From Dimorphilus gyrociliatus (Eukaryota; Animalia; Annelida): a DNA stretch of 64,000 bases. The position numbers were made by a program, and so were the translations under genes. The stretch is taken from the NCBI GenBank assembly GCA_904063045.1, contig CAJFCJ010000017.1, positions 248,001-312,000 on the forward strand, in the 5' to 3' direction. Positions within the stretch are counted from its first letter, which is position 1; the number at the start of each line of letters is the position of its first letter. The notes beneath the pieces were generated by a model that was not told the DNA's origin, did no database searches, and saw only the letters and a list, made by a program, of their open reading frames with translations. Below, piece by piece: positions 50,182 to 61,210 of this stretch.

Positions 50182-50701
50182 AATACTTTCATTTAAATAC
50201 ATCTAGCAATATGACAGACTAAAAGATCAATTTGAATACGAATATTGACATATTTCATGAATTTAGGGTGTTTTATTAGTTTCTGTCTCGTAATGTATAT
50301 TTTAAATTAGAAAGAATAGTCCGTTATTGGATATTCTACGAAAAAGAATGATTCAATGACATTTAACCAATGAGCGTTCGCATTACTAAATATCCTTTTC
50401 TTTCTTTTGGGTTTCAACCAATTAAAATATATTGAAATATTCAGTGCCGAACGTAACTTCGAAGAAGTATAGCTAGATAGATAGCAGAATACTTAAAAGA
50501 GCATTGACATCACCTATTTTGTATTTATATTCCATACTATCAAATAATAAAAATAGTGGAAATGATTGAAAACTATTGCAATTTACTTATATTGATATAT
50601 TCCACAAGTTAAAACATAAAAATGACAAATAAATAGCAATAATATAATAATAATAACCAAAAAACTCAAAAACAGAAATGCCAAGTTTAACAAAAGTGTT
50701 T

Positions 50702-52834
50702 TTAAGATTCGAAAATTTTTTCCAAATTGACTATATTAAAAAGTTTAGGATCGGCTTCGATAATAAAGAATCTCTGTTTAAGGAATCTGTACATTTCCTT
50801 TAAATAACTTATCAAATTTGAATCATCTTGACACATTCGTATGAAAAATTGTGATGAAAGATTGAAATTATGACAAATTTCTTCAATATCTTTAACTAGC
50901 CTTAAAATTTGCTTATCAGGCAACTATATTTAAAGAGAATTATAGATAAGATAGAATAAATTGAAAATAATTTAAGAACCTTTTCGAAGAAATTATATCG
51001 AACTAATTGAGTAAAATCTTCGTTATTCTCCTTAGTCATTAGCCAAAATTCAACGCATGTCTCTATCCAATTGATCTTGAATGAAAAAAAAAAAAAGAAA
51101 TAAAGATAACAAGATAAAACAATAAAAAGAGTTAATTAATCTAAAATCTAATAAAACGCAAAATGTAACGCATATAGATTTTACTTTAGAAAATATGATG
51201 AATAATCGTAATAAGAATGAAAAAAGTTGAAGTTTAGACAAAATCTGAAAGTGTAAGAAAAAAAAAGAAAAAGTTGTTTAGGAATAAAAGATATTTAATA
51301 AAGTTTATTGTTTATGTTTACTTTGGAAAATAGAAAGAATTTGTTATTGAATAGTTTTGTAAGTGAATACAAAAATTTGAACCAAGTATTTAAGGATATA
51401 TCAGCTAAAGATTCTATAAAATTCAAGCAGATATAGATAATTTTATTCCAATAATATTCGTGAACCGATGAATAATTAATTTCGTTGATTATCTGGAAAT
51501 AATAATTTAAGGATAATCCAAAATTTAAATCTTCGTATTCAGATAAATTTAATGGACGAAAAGTTTGAACGTCAAGTTGTTTGAATATCATCTGTCATAT
51601 CGATAATACGATTATATATTAATATACGAATTGAAATATTTGTATATAAGTTTGAACAGACCTTCCATAATAAATCAATCTTACCAAATTCAATATTACC
51701 GTCATCTTTCATCTTTTCCACTGCCAATATATTTATTATTTCGATTGGAGAACTTAGATGGATTGTTCCTTGAAGATAATTAGCCAATCTATTTAAGATA
51801 TCAAGGTCGTTCTTGACCTAGAATTTGTTGGAGAAAGTTGAATATTTACGAAAAATATTAGTCTTACCAACCCTATCATTTTCGGCTGGTTTAAAAATGA
51901 ATAAATCGTCTCTATCGAATACAATAACAGATTCGTCGACATTCTTCAATAGGAAAAACTTTGGTTTAGGTTTTTGACATGATAAACGACTGTAAAAAGA
52001 AAAGAAACTTATAATAATAATACAAAGAGTAAATAACTATTATAGGAAACAATGATACAATATTAACTGCTCGTCTATTTGAGCCGATGTCTTTTGAAAG
52101 CCGACCAACATTATTGAGAGACTATCTAATTGCCAATCAGAAATCCAAAAGAAATGAAAAAATCGGATAAGGTTCAATGAAACGTTAAAGTTTAAGTGTA
52201 AATGCTTCAATTGTTTAACTTCCTTCAAACATTGAAATCCAGAAAGGCATAGAGCCTTTAAAGTATGAAGATATTTCAGATTTACTATGCTATCTAGACA
52301 TTTCACTTGAGTTCTATCGATATTTAAATCTTCTAGTAGTGTTACTTCTCGACAAATTAGATTTAAACTTCTTTCAGTAAATCCAGAATTGCTAAGATCT
52401 AACTTTCGTAACGATTTAAAATATCTTAAATATTCAACCTTTTTCAATCTGCAATACACTCTATTAGCAATACTAAACTCTTTAAGCTTGTTGAAATCAA
52501 TTATTTTCTTTAATTCGTCCAAAGATACTGCAGATGATGAGTTTTTCAATTCAAGAACTATAATTGGATGATCGATCAAAAAGGATAAGGTCTGTATATC
52601 TTTAATCTTATTAGCGTGTATAGCAAATCTATGTAATCTCGTGTCTAATCTACTAAACAATTGTAAATCTTCGTCCGATATACCGCAGCATAAGACGTCT
52701 CGAGATTCCAAGATCATCTCGGCAATGAGAGACGGTAATCTTAATCCTTTGGCGTGAACACTATTAAGTATTTCTTGGAAGCTCATAGAAACACGTTGAA
52801 GTGTCAAATTTCGAAGGGATGGAATAGAAACCAT
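50702..52834 (-). CDS. ZYG-11/ZER1-family LRR protein (putative CUL2 substrate receptor)
   Basis: N-terminal VHL-box-like SLRNLTLQRV...LPSLIAEMIL. LFSRLDTRLHRFAI...HPIIVLEL matches the ZYG11 pattern. LRRs (LRKLDLSN) and multi-exon helical C-terminus. Confidence 0.8.
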
Positions 52835-53087
52835 GATCTTTATTCTATTATACGAAATTAACGAATATTGGACCTATTGTAGAAAAAGTTTATCTAACCT
52901 TAACCTTCCGAAAAAAAAATGATTCTATATTCGTAATCGAGCTTTAAAATTCCTAGAAATTTTCTCCTAGAAATTAACAATATTATAGAAATATTTTAGC
53001 TTAATAATTCCGATTAATTATTCCAATAGAAGATTAATTACCAGCTCAAAACGTGTGCTCTAAGTAGTTATTTATGATTTAACGTGA

Positions 53088-53144
53088 CCCAATGGTTTTC
53101 GACCAATCAGCTTTCAGCTAACATAAAAAAAGCATTGGACCAAT
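53088..53144. promoter_or_regulatory. CCAAT cluster including the 31-bp element shared with 472-502
   Basis: CCAAT at about 53089, 53103 and 53140 plus ATTGG at 53134. Core CCAATCAGCTTTCAGCTAACATAAAAAAAGC. Confidence 0.5.
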
Positions 53145-53252
53145 AAGAATTTATTAATAAAATATATTTTTTTCGATAAGAATTTATTAAGATAAGAACC
53201 AATTTATTAATTAATTAGTTATCGAAATCTATAATTTTTTTATCTTTTTTTT

Positions 53253-55476
53253 CTACAAATAATTAATTGAGAAAGAAGAGAAAAACAAAACAAAATCTTT
53301 ACATTTACTACCAGGTTTCACTATTTTTTGCTAAAAATAAATTCAAGTTCATAATACTCAGACAAAACTACTTTCTCTTTTTTTTTGCAATTAAACATAA
53401 ACCTTAGGAAAATGAATTACGTTGCAACAATTGTCGTGTTCCTCCAGTACTAATTTCAATCTTTGAACGTAAAAACTATTCATATTTTTCATATATTTAA
53501 ATGATGGAATTTCCTTATAATCGCAATATTTAAAATTTGTATCAAGATCGGAAGAGATATCCTCAATTTCCTTTGATAGTTTAATAACATCGTCATTCGT
53601 CATCTTTTGTTGCGTTTAATAAGATAATAAGAATTAAATTAAGTATTAATAGAATAACAAACCGCTTCGAAAATATTCTCATTACTAAGCGTTACGAATC
53701 TATTATCGTTCTTTTCCTCCCATATCCAAGTAGCTATTTCATCTAGTTGATAAATCTATTGTAGCAAACAACAAAGAAAAGAGAAGAAACTATATTTAAT
53801 AATAATGAATATTAAACATATTTCTATTACTTTAGAAGCTACAACGAACGATCTCAATACAATTAGGAATAGATCAATCCTAGTAAACACCTGTTGAAAA
53901 ATATTAAAATATTATAAGGAATTAACATAATATATTAGGTTAAAGTAATAAAATATTTGAACCTTTTCAACAATAAAAAACTTGTTATTGAGAAGTGCCA
54001 TTATAATAGTAAAGTTATACTTAGTACAGGCGTGCAATGTAAAATAATTCTTTAATTTTAATAGATAAACGCATCCATTAATTACTTTTATCCAACAAAA
54101 TATGTCGTTACGATGATATTTTAAGTTACAAAGTATCTTTATCAATTGTCTAAAGCTATCTTGAGAGCAATGATATTCGCTTGTTAGTGTATTTGTATAA
54201 AAATCTTGATGTCCTATTGTTCTAAAGAAAATCTAAAATAGACAATAATTAATAGAAATCTATTCGTTTATTGTTTATTAATAACCTCCCAAATCATTTC
54301 AGTACGATTTGAATCAACAGGTGTCTTATCGAATTCCGTTTGGGCAATTGCTCTCATCTTTTTAACAAAGATACAAGGTATCTTACCAGCCAAATGCTTT
54401 GATACTTGAAAAATACAATCAAGATCGTACAAGTCGTCTCTCTAAATCGGGAAGGAAAAGTGAAAAATAATGAATCGTTATATAGATAATAAAAGGATTT
54501 AATTACAAAATTGCATTGTCCTTCACTCGAAAAGTTCATTGAACTATCGTATAGAAAGAAATGGTGCATCTTTTGAAAGAACAACTTCTTTATCTCTGGC
54601 TTTCTATTAAGTATATATCTATTTTGAAAAATGGTAACAAAAACAAAGGTAATTATTTATTAATAAATCTATTATGTAATACTTGTATATACTGTATTAC
54701 CTTGTATAATCTACGTATTCTATTGAATCTACTGAAAATTTCTTAATCGATATATTGGCAATAGTCCAAGTAGAATTTAGGAGGAATGTTAAAAAGTTTT
54801 TAAGATCGGATACCATTGTAAATTCAACATCCAACTCTTCCAATTGATTCAATTGTTGAAAAACTGAAAAATCTATTTCGTTTCTTGATTCAAAGAGAAA
54901 TTTAAATATTTTCAACTTTTGTAAGAGTTTAATCCCATTTAAATTCGATATTGAACTCTTTTGTATATTTAATTCTTCTAATAGTATCATTTTATTGAAT
55001 ATAAATGTTAATACTTCATCTTTTACAATTGTACCGCTTATATCTAATTTCTTCAGAAATCTCATTTGACCTAGAAATTCCAAATCAATTTCAAAGTGTA
55101 ATCCTTTATTGACGAATGTTAATTCTTTTAATTTCTTGCAACTGACAATATTCTTTAAATCTATTAACGATTTAAACGATAGATAATTAACCAATTCAAG
55201 ACTTTCTATTGGATGATCTCTTAGAAAGTTGAACTTTTTCAAATTCTTTATTTTATCACCCTGAATACTAAATTTCGATAGTTGCGTCTTAATTTTACGG
55301 ATTATCTCTAAATCTTCCTCGGTTATACCAAACGTTAAATCATCTCTCCACTCGATAATCATTTCAACAATCTTGGACGGTAATTCAATAGTTTTAAACG
55401 TTAAAGGATGAAATACTTTGGAAAAGTTTAATGAAATATAACGCAGCGTTAAATATTGTAAATCTCTTGTAGACAT
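53253..55476 (-). CDS. ZYG-11/ZER1-family LRR protein, tandem paralog
   Basis: MSTRDLQYLTLRYI...LPSKIVEMII...HPIESLEL...LKKLDISGT. Later exons are collinear with the neighbour (LLNNKFFIVEK vs LFNNKFFLFSK). The 3-prime end is approximate. Confidence 0.78.
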
Positions 55477-55713
55477 GATAGTCGTATCTTGAAAAGATGA
55501 TGAAAAAAGAAACAGAATCGTTAATTTGATATACCTTATCGAATAATTCAACCTTTATTTAACAGAATCAGCTGTCAGAATGATTTCCGATTGAAATGTT
55601 GGAGAAAGTAAATACTTTGTAGTCTTTGGATAGAAAGTGGATACAATCCAGAGGTGTTTAATAATGTGTATTGAGTATAGTATCTATTTCACCTTCCCTT
55701 AGAACAGAGGGAA

Positions 55714-55734
55714 AGAGAGAGAGAGAGAGAGAGA
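55714..55734. repeat. (GA)n microsatellite
   Basis: Perfect AG/GA run. Confidence 0.85.
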
Positions 55735-55927
55735 CTAAATAGTTCTTTTCATATATTATTTCGTCATTTTTATTAGGATAGAAACTTAAATAGTACCAAA
55801 AAAATCAAATATAACTTAATCTATTTAATAAACTAAGAAAAAAATATATAATAAACCACTTATTAAGCGAAACATTGTACATATTTCGATAAAGAGATAG
55901 AGAGATAGAGAGAGGATAGAAAGAGTA

Positions 55928-57253
55928 CTAATCTCCATCTAATCGATTAAATAAATAAACCATTTTATCGATATCCAAACTCTTCTCCATATCCCAATTA
56001 TCATTTATGACATCAGTCGGAAATTTACATTTATCATCTAATCTAATACAAAAAAAGATTTTAGCTAAAGAATATAACAATCCGTATTTTTCTCTATTCT
56101 CTTCCCACCATTTAATAGGATCTTCCGATCTATCTAATAACGGTTCATTTAGATAGGCTAGTAAAACTTTCTGAACTTTTCTCTTGATAATATCGTTTGG
56201 TGTATCAATACTCTCCAATGCGTATATTCGATGTTTAATTGTATTATAGGCTATATCTTTTTCCTGTTCATTTAAATATTTCAATTTATATCTAGGATCC
56301 AAAACTGACGCTTCGTTTAGAATATTTTTCGTAAATCTCGAATTGAAATAGTAACAATGTACATTTGTTACTAAATTACTTATAATAAATTCTCCTAATG
56401 GACCATTATACGAATTAATAAACAAAACAAGATCGGTAACTGTAGGAACAACATCCGAAAGAAAACATCTTACACGAACCAGTTTAATTGATAATTCAAA
56501 TTTTTCCAATATATGATTAACGAATTTCTGCTCTTCGTTACTCAATCCTCTGAATGTCTTTTGAAAATCTTTCGAATCGATAATTGCCTTACCACTCTTC
56601 AGTAGTAGATCGTCTGGTGAGGCAATCTTCGGTAGGTCTTTATCCGGTAAATTCTCAAAGTATTCGTACAATTGTTTATGCGAGCATATAATAAAGATTG
56701 TTTTCGAAAATAGACCATATCTATTGTTCAAAACACATATAAACTCACTAGGATGTTTACCGATATACAACGTTACACGTTTAATTTCTAAATCTTTATC
56801 GGTAACAAACATAGTCAATTTTTTCCTAGTAGTTGCTTCTTCCTCCTCCATAAGTATAAACGAATAGAATGATGCATTAAGAAGATTTCTCCATTCAATT
56901 ATCCAATTCCTAACAGTCTCTTCCTTTTTCATTATTACTTGAGAGAATTCTTGAAAATTGATTGTTGGTGATATCATTTTAAGGATTTTAATGAAGAAAG
57001 GATTAAATAGATCTTCAGTTTGTGAGTTATTTTTACTTAACGAAAAATCCAATACATTTTCTAATAGAATATTCCTAACAACTATTTGTTGTTCACTAAC
57101 CTCTTTTTGGTCTTTTAGACCATGAAACATTTTTAAATGACGTAGCATTGATAGAACATTATTCTTAAGGGTGAAGACTGCAGCGCAGAAAGCACATTTA
57201 GCTTTATTATTCTCTTCTCTATGAAAGTATTTCCATACTTCTTCCGCTTTCAT
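55928..57253 (-). CDS. BED zinc finger + hAT dimerisation domain protein (ZBED-like, hAT transposase-derived)
   Basis: VWKYF...CAFC...LRHLKMFH BED finger. LDPRYK and DPIKWWEENREKYGLLYSLAKIFFCI match the hAT C-terminus. Intact single-exon 441-aa ORF with no recognisable DDE motifs or TIRs. Confidence 0.85.
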   Translation of the reverse strand: MKAEEVWKYFHREENNKAKCAFCAAVFTLKNNVLSMLRHLKMFHGLKDQKEVSEQQIVVRNILLENVLDFSLSKNNSQTEDLFNPFFIKILKMISPTINFQEFSQVIMKKEETVRNWIIEWRNLLNASFYSFILMEEEEATTRKKLTMFVTDKDLEIKRVTLYIGKHPSEFICVLNNRYGLFSKTIFIICSHKQLYEYFENLPDKDLPKIASPDDLLLKSGKAIIDSKDFQKTFRGLSNEEQKFVNHILEKFELSIKLVRVRCFLSDVVPTVTDLVLFINSYNGPLGEFIISNLVTNVHCYYFNSRFTKNILNEASVLDPRYKLKYLNEQEKDIAYNTIKHRIYALESIDTPNDIIKRKVQKVLLAYLNEPLLDRSEDPIKWWEENREKYGLLYSLAKIFFCIRLDDKCKFPTDVINDNWDMEKSLDIDKMVYLFNRLDGD

Positions 57254-58950
57254 AATTTGTTGATAATTGTCTATATTTCCAATTCCTTATTTAGTGGACT
57301 CTTTCTTAATTAATTCTCCTATTCGTTAGCGTTAGATAACTTTTCTTTAATTATCAGTATAAGGATGAATCAAAGAGTAAAGTCTTAATGGCTGATGAGT
57401 AATTTCATCTATTAATATTGCTCTTGTAGTTTTTATAGCTTTATCGACGCTAATTTATTAAAGAGTACCGTTGTAGAGTAGACTCAATACTAATTAGGAT
57501 ATAGACAAACCATGTTTTCTGTTTAAAAAAAAATATATCAAGTTCAATTTTTCATTATTTCAAGTATGTTGAATTTATAAAACATTAAATTCAACACTGA
57601 AACAATCTATATCTAATATTTAAACATAAAATAAAAAAACAAAGACTTTTTTCAACAATAGAAAGGGAAATAAAGTAAAAGGAAAACAAAACTAATAGAT
57701 TTTTACATATTATTAATGAATTTCTTTTGAGAAGATGTGTAATTTTTTTTTTTTAACTTCCATTTCTCCATTTTCAATAATAATCTAAATGTAAAACGAC
57801 TATAGGTAAAATCAATACCGTTTTAACTGTATTCATTACTTAATTTTAATAAAAGAGAAAGTATCTTTGTTGAGTTCTATGTAAAATAATTTTTTTTTGT
57901 TATATTTTTTTTTTTAAAAAAACAAACTATTAAATTATTCTTATAGTTTAAATCTAATATATTGCATTGATTTCGCTGTTTTTTTGGTTTTTTAATCTAA
58001 TAGAAACTGTGGAATAGAATGTTTCTAATGGTATTATATGTGTATATATTATTTCTCCCCCTCTCTCTCTCTCTCTACCTCTCTTTTTTTTATTTTTCCA
58101 TAAGCCTATCATATCTGTTTTAAAGTTGTCCAAGTTTAGGTAAAATTTGTATTTACTAGCTCGACGGTTAATAGGTCAGACTGTGTTATTTTTTTATAGC
58201 AACGGCTGTTTATAGGATTCAAAATGGATGACGTAAAATTTACAATCTCCGCCTCAATTTCACCTTGAATTTTATCATTATGCTATTAAGAAGAATCGTA
58301 ACTTTCGTCTATTAAAGTATCATGAACGCTAATCGCGTTGGTGGGAAGTGACGCTTAGTAACTGGTGTTTTTGTTTTTTTTTATGTTAACAATTTGCTAA
58401 CCGAACGTCGCGTCTCTTTTGAGTTATTGCTCAATAAAACTATTAACTATCTAATTAGATGTGTACCGAATATATGTATAACAGTCTTTTTTTATTCCAA
58501 GTAGAGTTAACATGTCTACATTCCTTTACCAACTTTATTATTTATGACGTAATACAAGCCTATTTAGATGACAATGAACTCAATAGATAATAACTATAGC
58601 AACCTGTATTTACACGCGTAAATTGGAACAATCAATAGTACCTTATTATTATAATTAAATATAAATTTCTTTCGGTAAACAATAAATAAATAGAATATAA
58701 ATTGAAAATGTAAAAATCTTCTCCACCAGTTTAATTCCAATTATAAAAAATTCGATATTAATATCTCTTATTATTTTAAAAGCGAAAGTAAAAGTTGTTT
58801 TGAACACTTTAATTAGTAAAATTGAACGGTTGAGGTTGAAAATATTGAACGTGGTTATTCTTAATAAGATATTTAACCATATACCTTAGACGCTATTAAC
58901 AATTGTATCATATATTTTTATTGCAGATTTTAAATTAATCGGAAATCAAA

Positions 58951-61108
58951 ATGTCTTGTCTAAAACTATTAACAATTAACGAGAGTAATCAAGTGACTAT
59001 TAATACAAACGCCAAATCGTTTCTACTGACAGAATGTAGAAATAGAAAATGTATTATCATAAGTATTACAGGTACATTTAGAAGTGGAAAAAGCACTTTA
59101 CTAAATTTCATTCTACATTTTATGAACAATACAACTGGTTCAATAAGAAACGTTTTTAACGCAAGATATGATTCCGATGGTCTTTCTGTTACTAAAGGTA
59201 TTTATAATAAATAAACAGTAAACAGTATATATACATTATATATTCATCTTTCTGTTTAAAAGGAATCGACTTTTTGCCAACACTCTATCTAAGGTTTCAA
59301 TTGTTTTCATTAGTTTAATATATTTTATTATTTTAATACATTTATTTCATTTATAGGCATAATTACGGCATACTTTTCGTTGATTCACAAGGTCTAGACA
59401 GTCCTGAACGACTCAGAAACAATGATCATTTAATTCTCGCCTTATTATTTCGCATCTCTTCAATAACAATTATCAATATAAAGGATAATCTAAAGCAATC
59501 AGAAATAGAAAAGTTACATGTAAAATTATTAGTTTTTTAATCATTTCTTATCAGCGATAATTAAAAAGTATTCATTATTGAAATTACCTTTTACAGTTGA
59601 GCATTTCGCATAGAATACAAAATGGAGGCAGTTACGAGACCGATCAATTTTCGGTAAATATACTTAAAAATATCCTGAATATCTGAGTATTAATTAGTAG
59701 TATTCTCTATTGCAGAATCTTGTATTTGTAATAAGAGATCGGAAGAAAAGAGATGTGTATGATCATGGAAGATTTAATTATAAATTCAAATTTAAGCAAC
59801 TAGAAGTAATTCTTTTATTTATTGTTCGTATATTTATTATTGTGAAATATCTTAATCTGTAGGAATTTCCCGAATTTGGAAATCTTCTTACCAATATATG
59901 GAGCAAAGAATCCCAATTTGTCTTATTACCACAACCGTTTGTGGATGACCCTGACAATGAAGATCTTATACATCTGAATGGTATTTAATTCGTACATAGA
60001 GACTTTTCAATCTATTAATGTTTGTTTGTATGTTTTAGAAATAAAAGAATCCTTTAAAACTTCATTTTCACAGTTTTTGGACGATTTATTAAAATTTAGC
60101 GACAGAATATCGAATTACGCTCGAACTGGACCAGAAATTATTAGACATATAGAACAAATTTCCTATGATGTAGTAAGAACTGATTGGATTGCGAGACCTC
60201 AGCGTCGAAGACAAGTACTGTCGGATATTGAAATGGATAAATTAAAACGTTCTGCTATTGATGCTATAAAGACTGCTGTATATGATTTATGTTGGGATTG
60301 CGTTCCTACAGAATCGAATTCGAATATGAGAGATATGAAGCAGAATATCGAACTGGAAAACAAGAAATTTATGAAGGAAGCATTAGACCACTTTGGAATA
60401 GATGATGCATATTCTAAACATGAATTTGAAGCTTCAGTACTTGAACAAATGAATATGTTGTTTAAAAGCATCCCTAGCAATATATCAAACTTTCGATCTA
60501 ATATATTAGATTGCTTTACGAATGATTTTGATTCCACTTTTGAAATTAATTACAATTATACAAGATATCTTGATGAAGAAGAGCTTTACGATTTTTTCAA
60601 TTATGCTGATAGAAACGTAAAACAATCACTAATTGATTGTTTCGATGAAGATATCTCTAAACGTATAGACGTAGAGGAGCTAATTGATGATAGAAAGCGA
60701 ATGATTAAACATTTTAACGAAATTTGGGATGTAAACGCAATTGAGCAGATTGGAGCAACATTTGTAAGATTTGGTAAGGCAGTATATGATTTCTTTGCTG
60801 AAGATGAAGAAGAGACTATGGAACGGTCAAAGTCTAAATTAATGAAAAAAATTCTGGATTTCATAAGAGAAAAATATCCAGCAGATGCTGAAAAACTATT
60901 GGATATGTCAAGATATCGTTTTAATGATAATAGTGGTTTCAATCCTTTTCTCCTGTCCAGAGCAAGGTTACCTAAGCATGAAATCAAAGAATTATTTGGA
61001 AAATATATGAATTCTGTAAAGTTCCCTATAAAAAGACAATTTTATTATCGTACTTCTTTCAATTACCGAAAACATAATAGTAAACACTTTAATTTAAGTA
61101 GTTTCTAA
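58951..61108 (+). CDS. Atlastin/GBP-superfamily (GB1/RHD3) GTPase lacking a TM hairpin
   Basis: G1 GTFRSGKSTLLN, G2 TKG, G3 LFVDSQG, G4 FVIRD across short exons. The long last exon is helical with no 20-residue hydrophobic span. Confidence 0.87.
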
Positions 61109-61210
61109 AGATCAAACATTTGCAGTTTGTTTATTTTGCAGTGTATCTCAAATTTTAAAAAAATACAGTTATTCATATTTTAACAAGCAAAAATCCATGT
61201 GATTTCAATA

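Noticed and set aside
55922-57302. AGAGTACTA / TAGTGGACTCT as terminal inverted repeats of the hAT gene
   Set aside because: Short, needs a 2-nt gap, overlaps the stop codon, and no 8-bp target duplication is seen.
58200-58390. CpG-richer segment ending in T-runs as a possible Pol III ncRNA
   Set aside because: No A/B box or snRNA signature recognised; more simply explained as promoter DNA between divergent genes.
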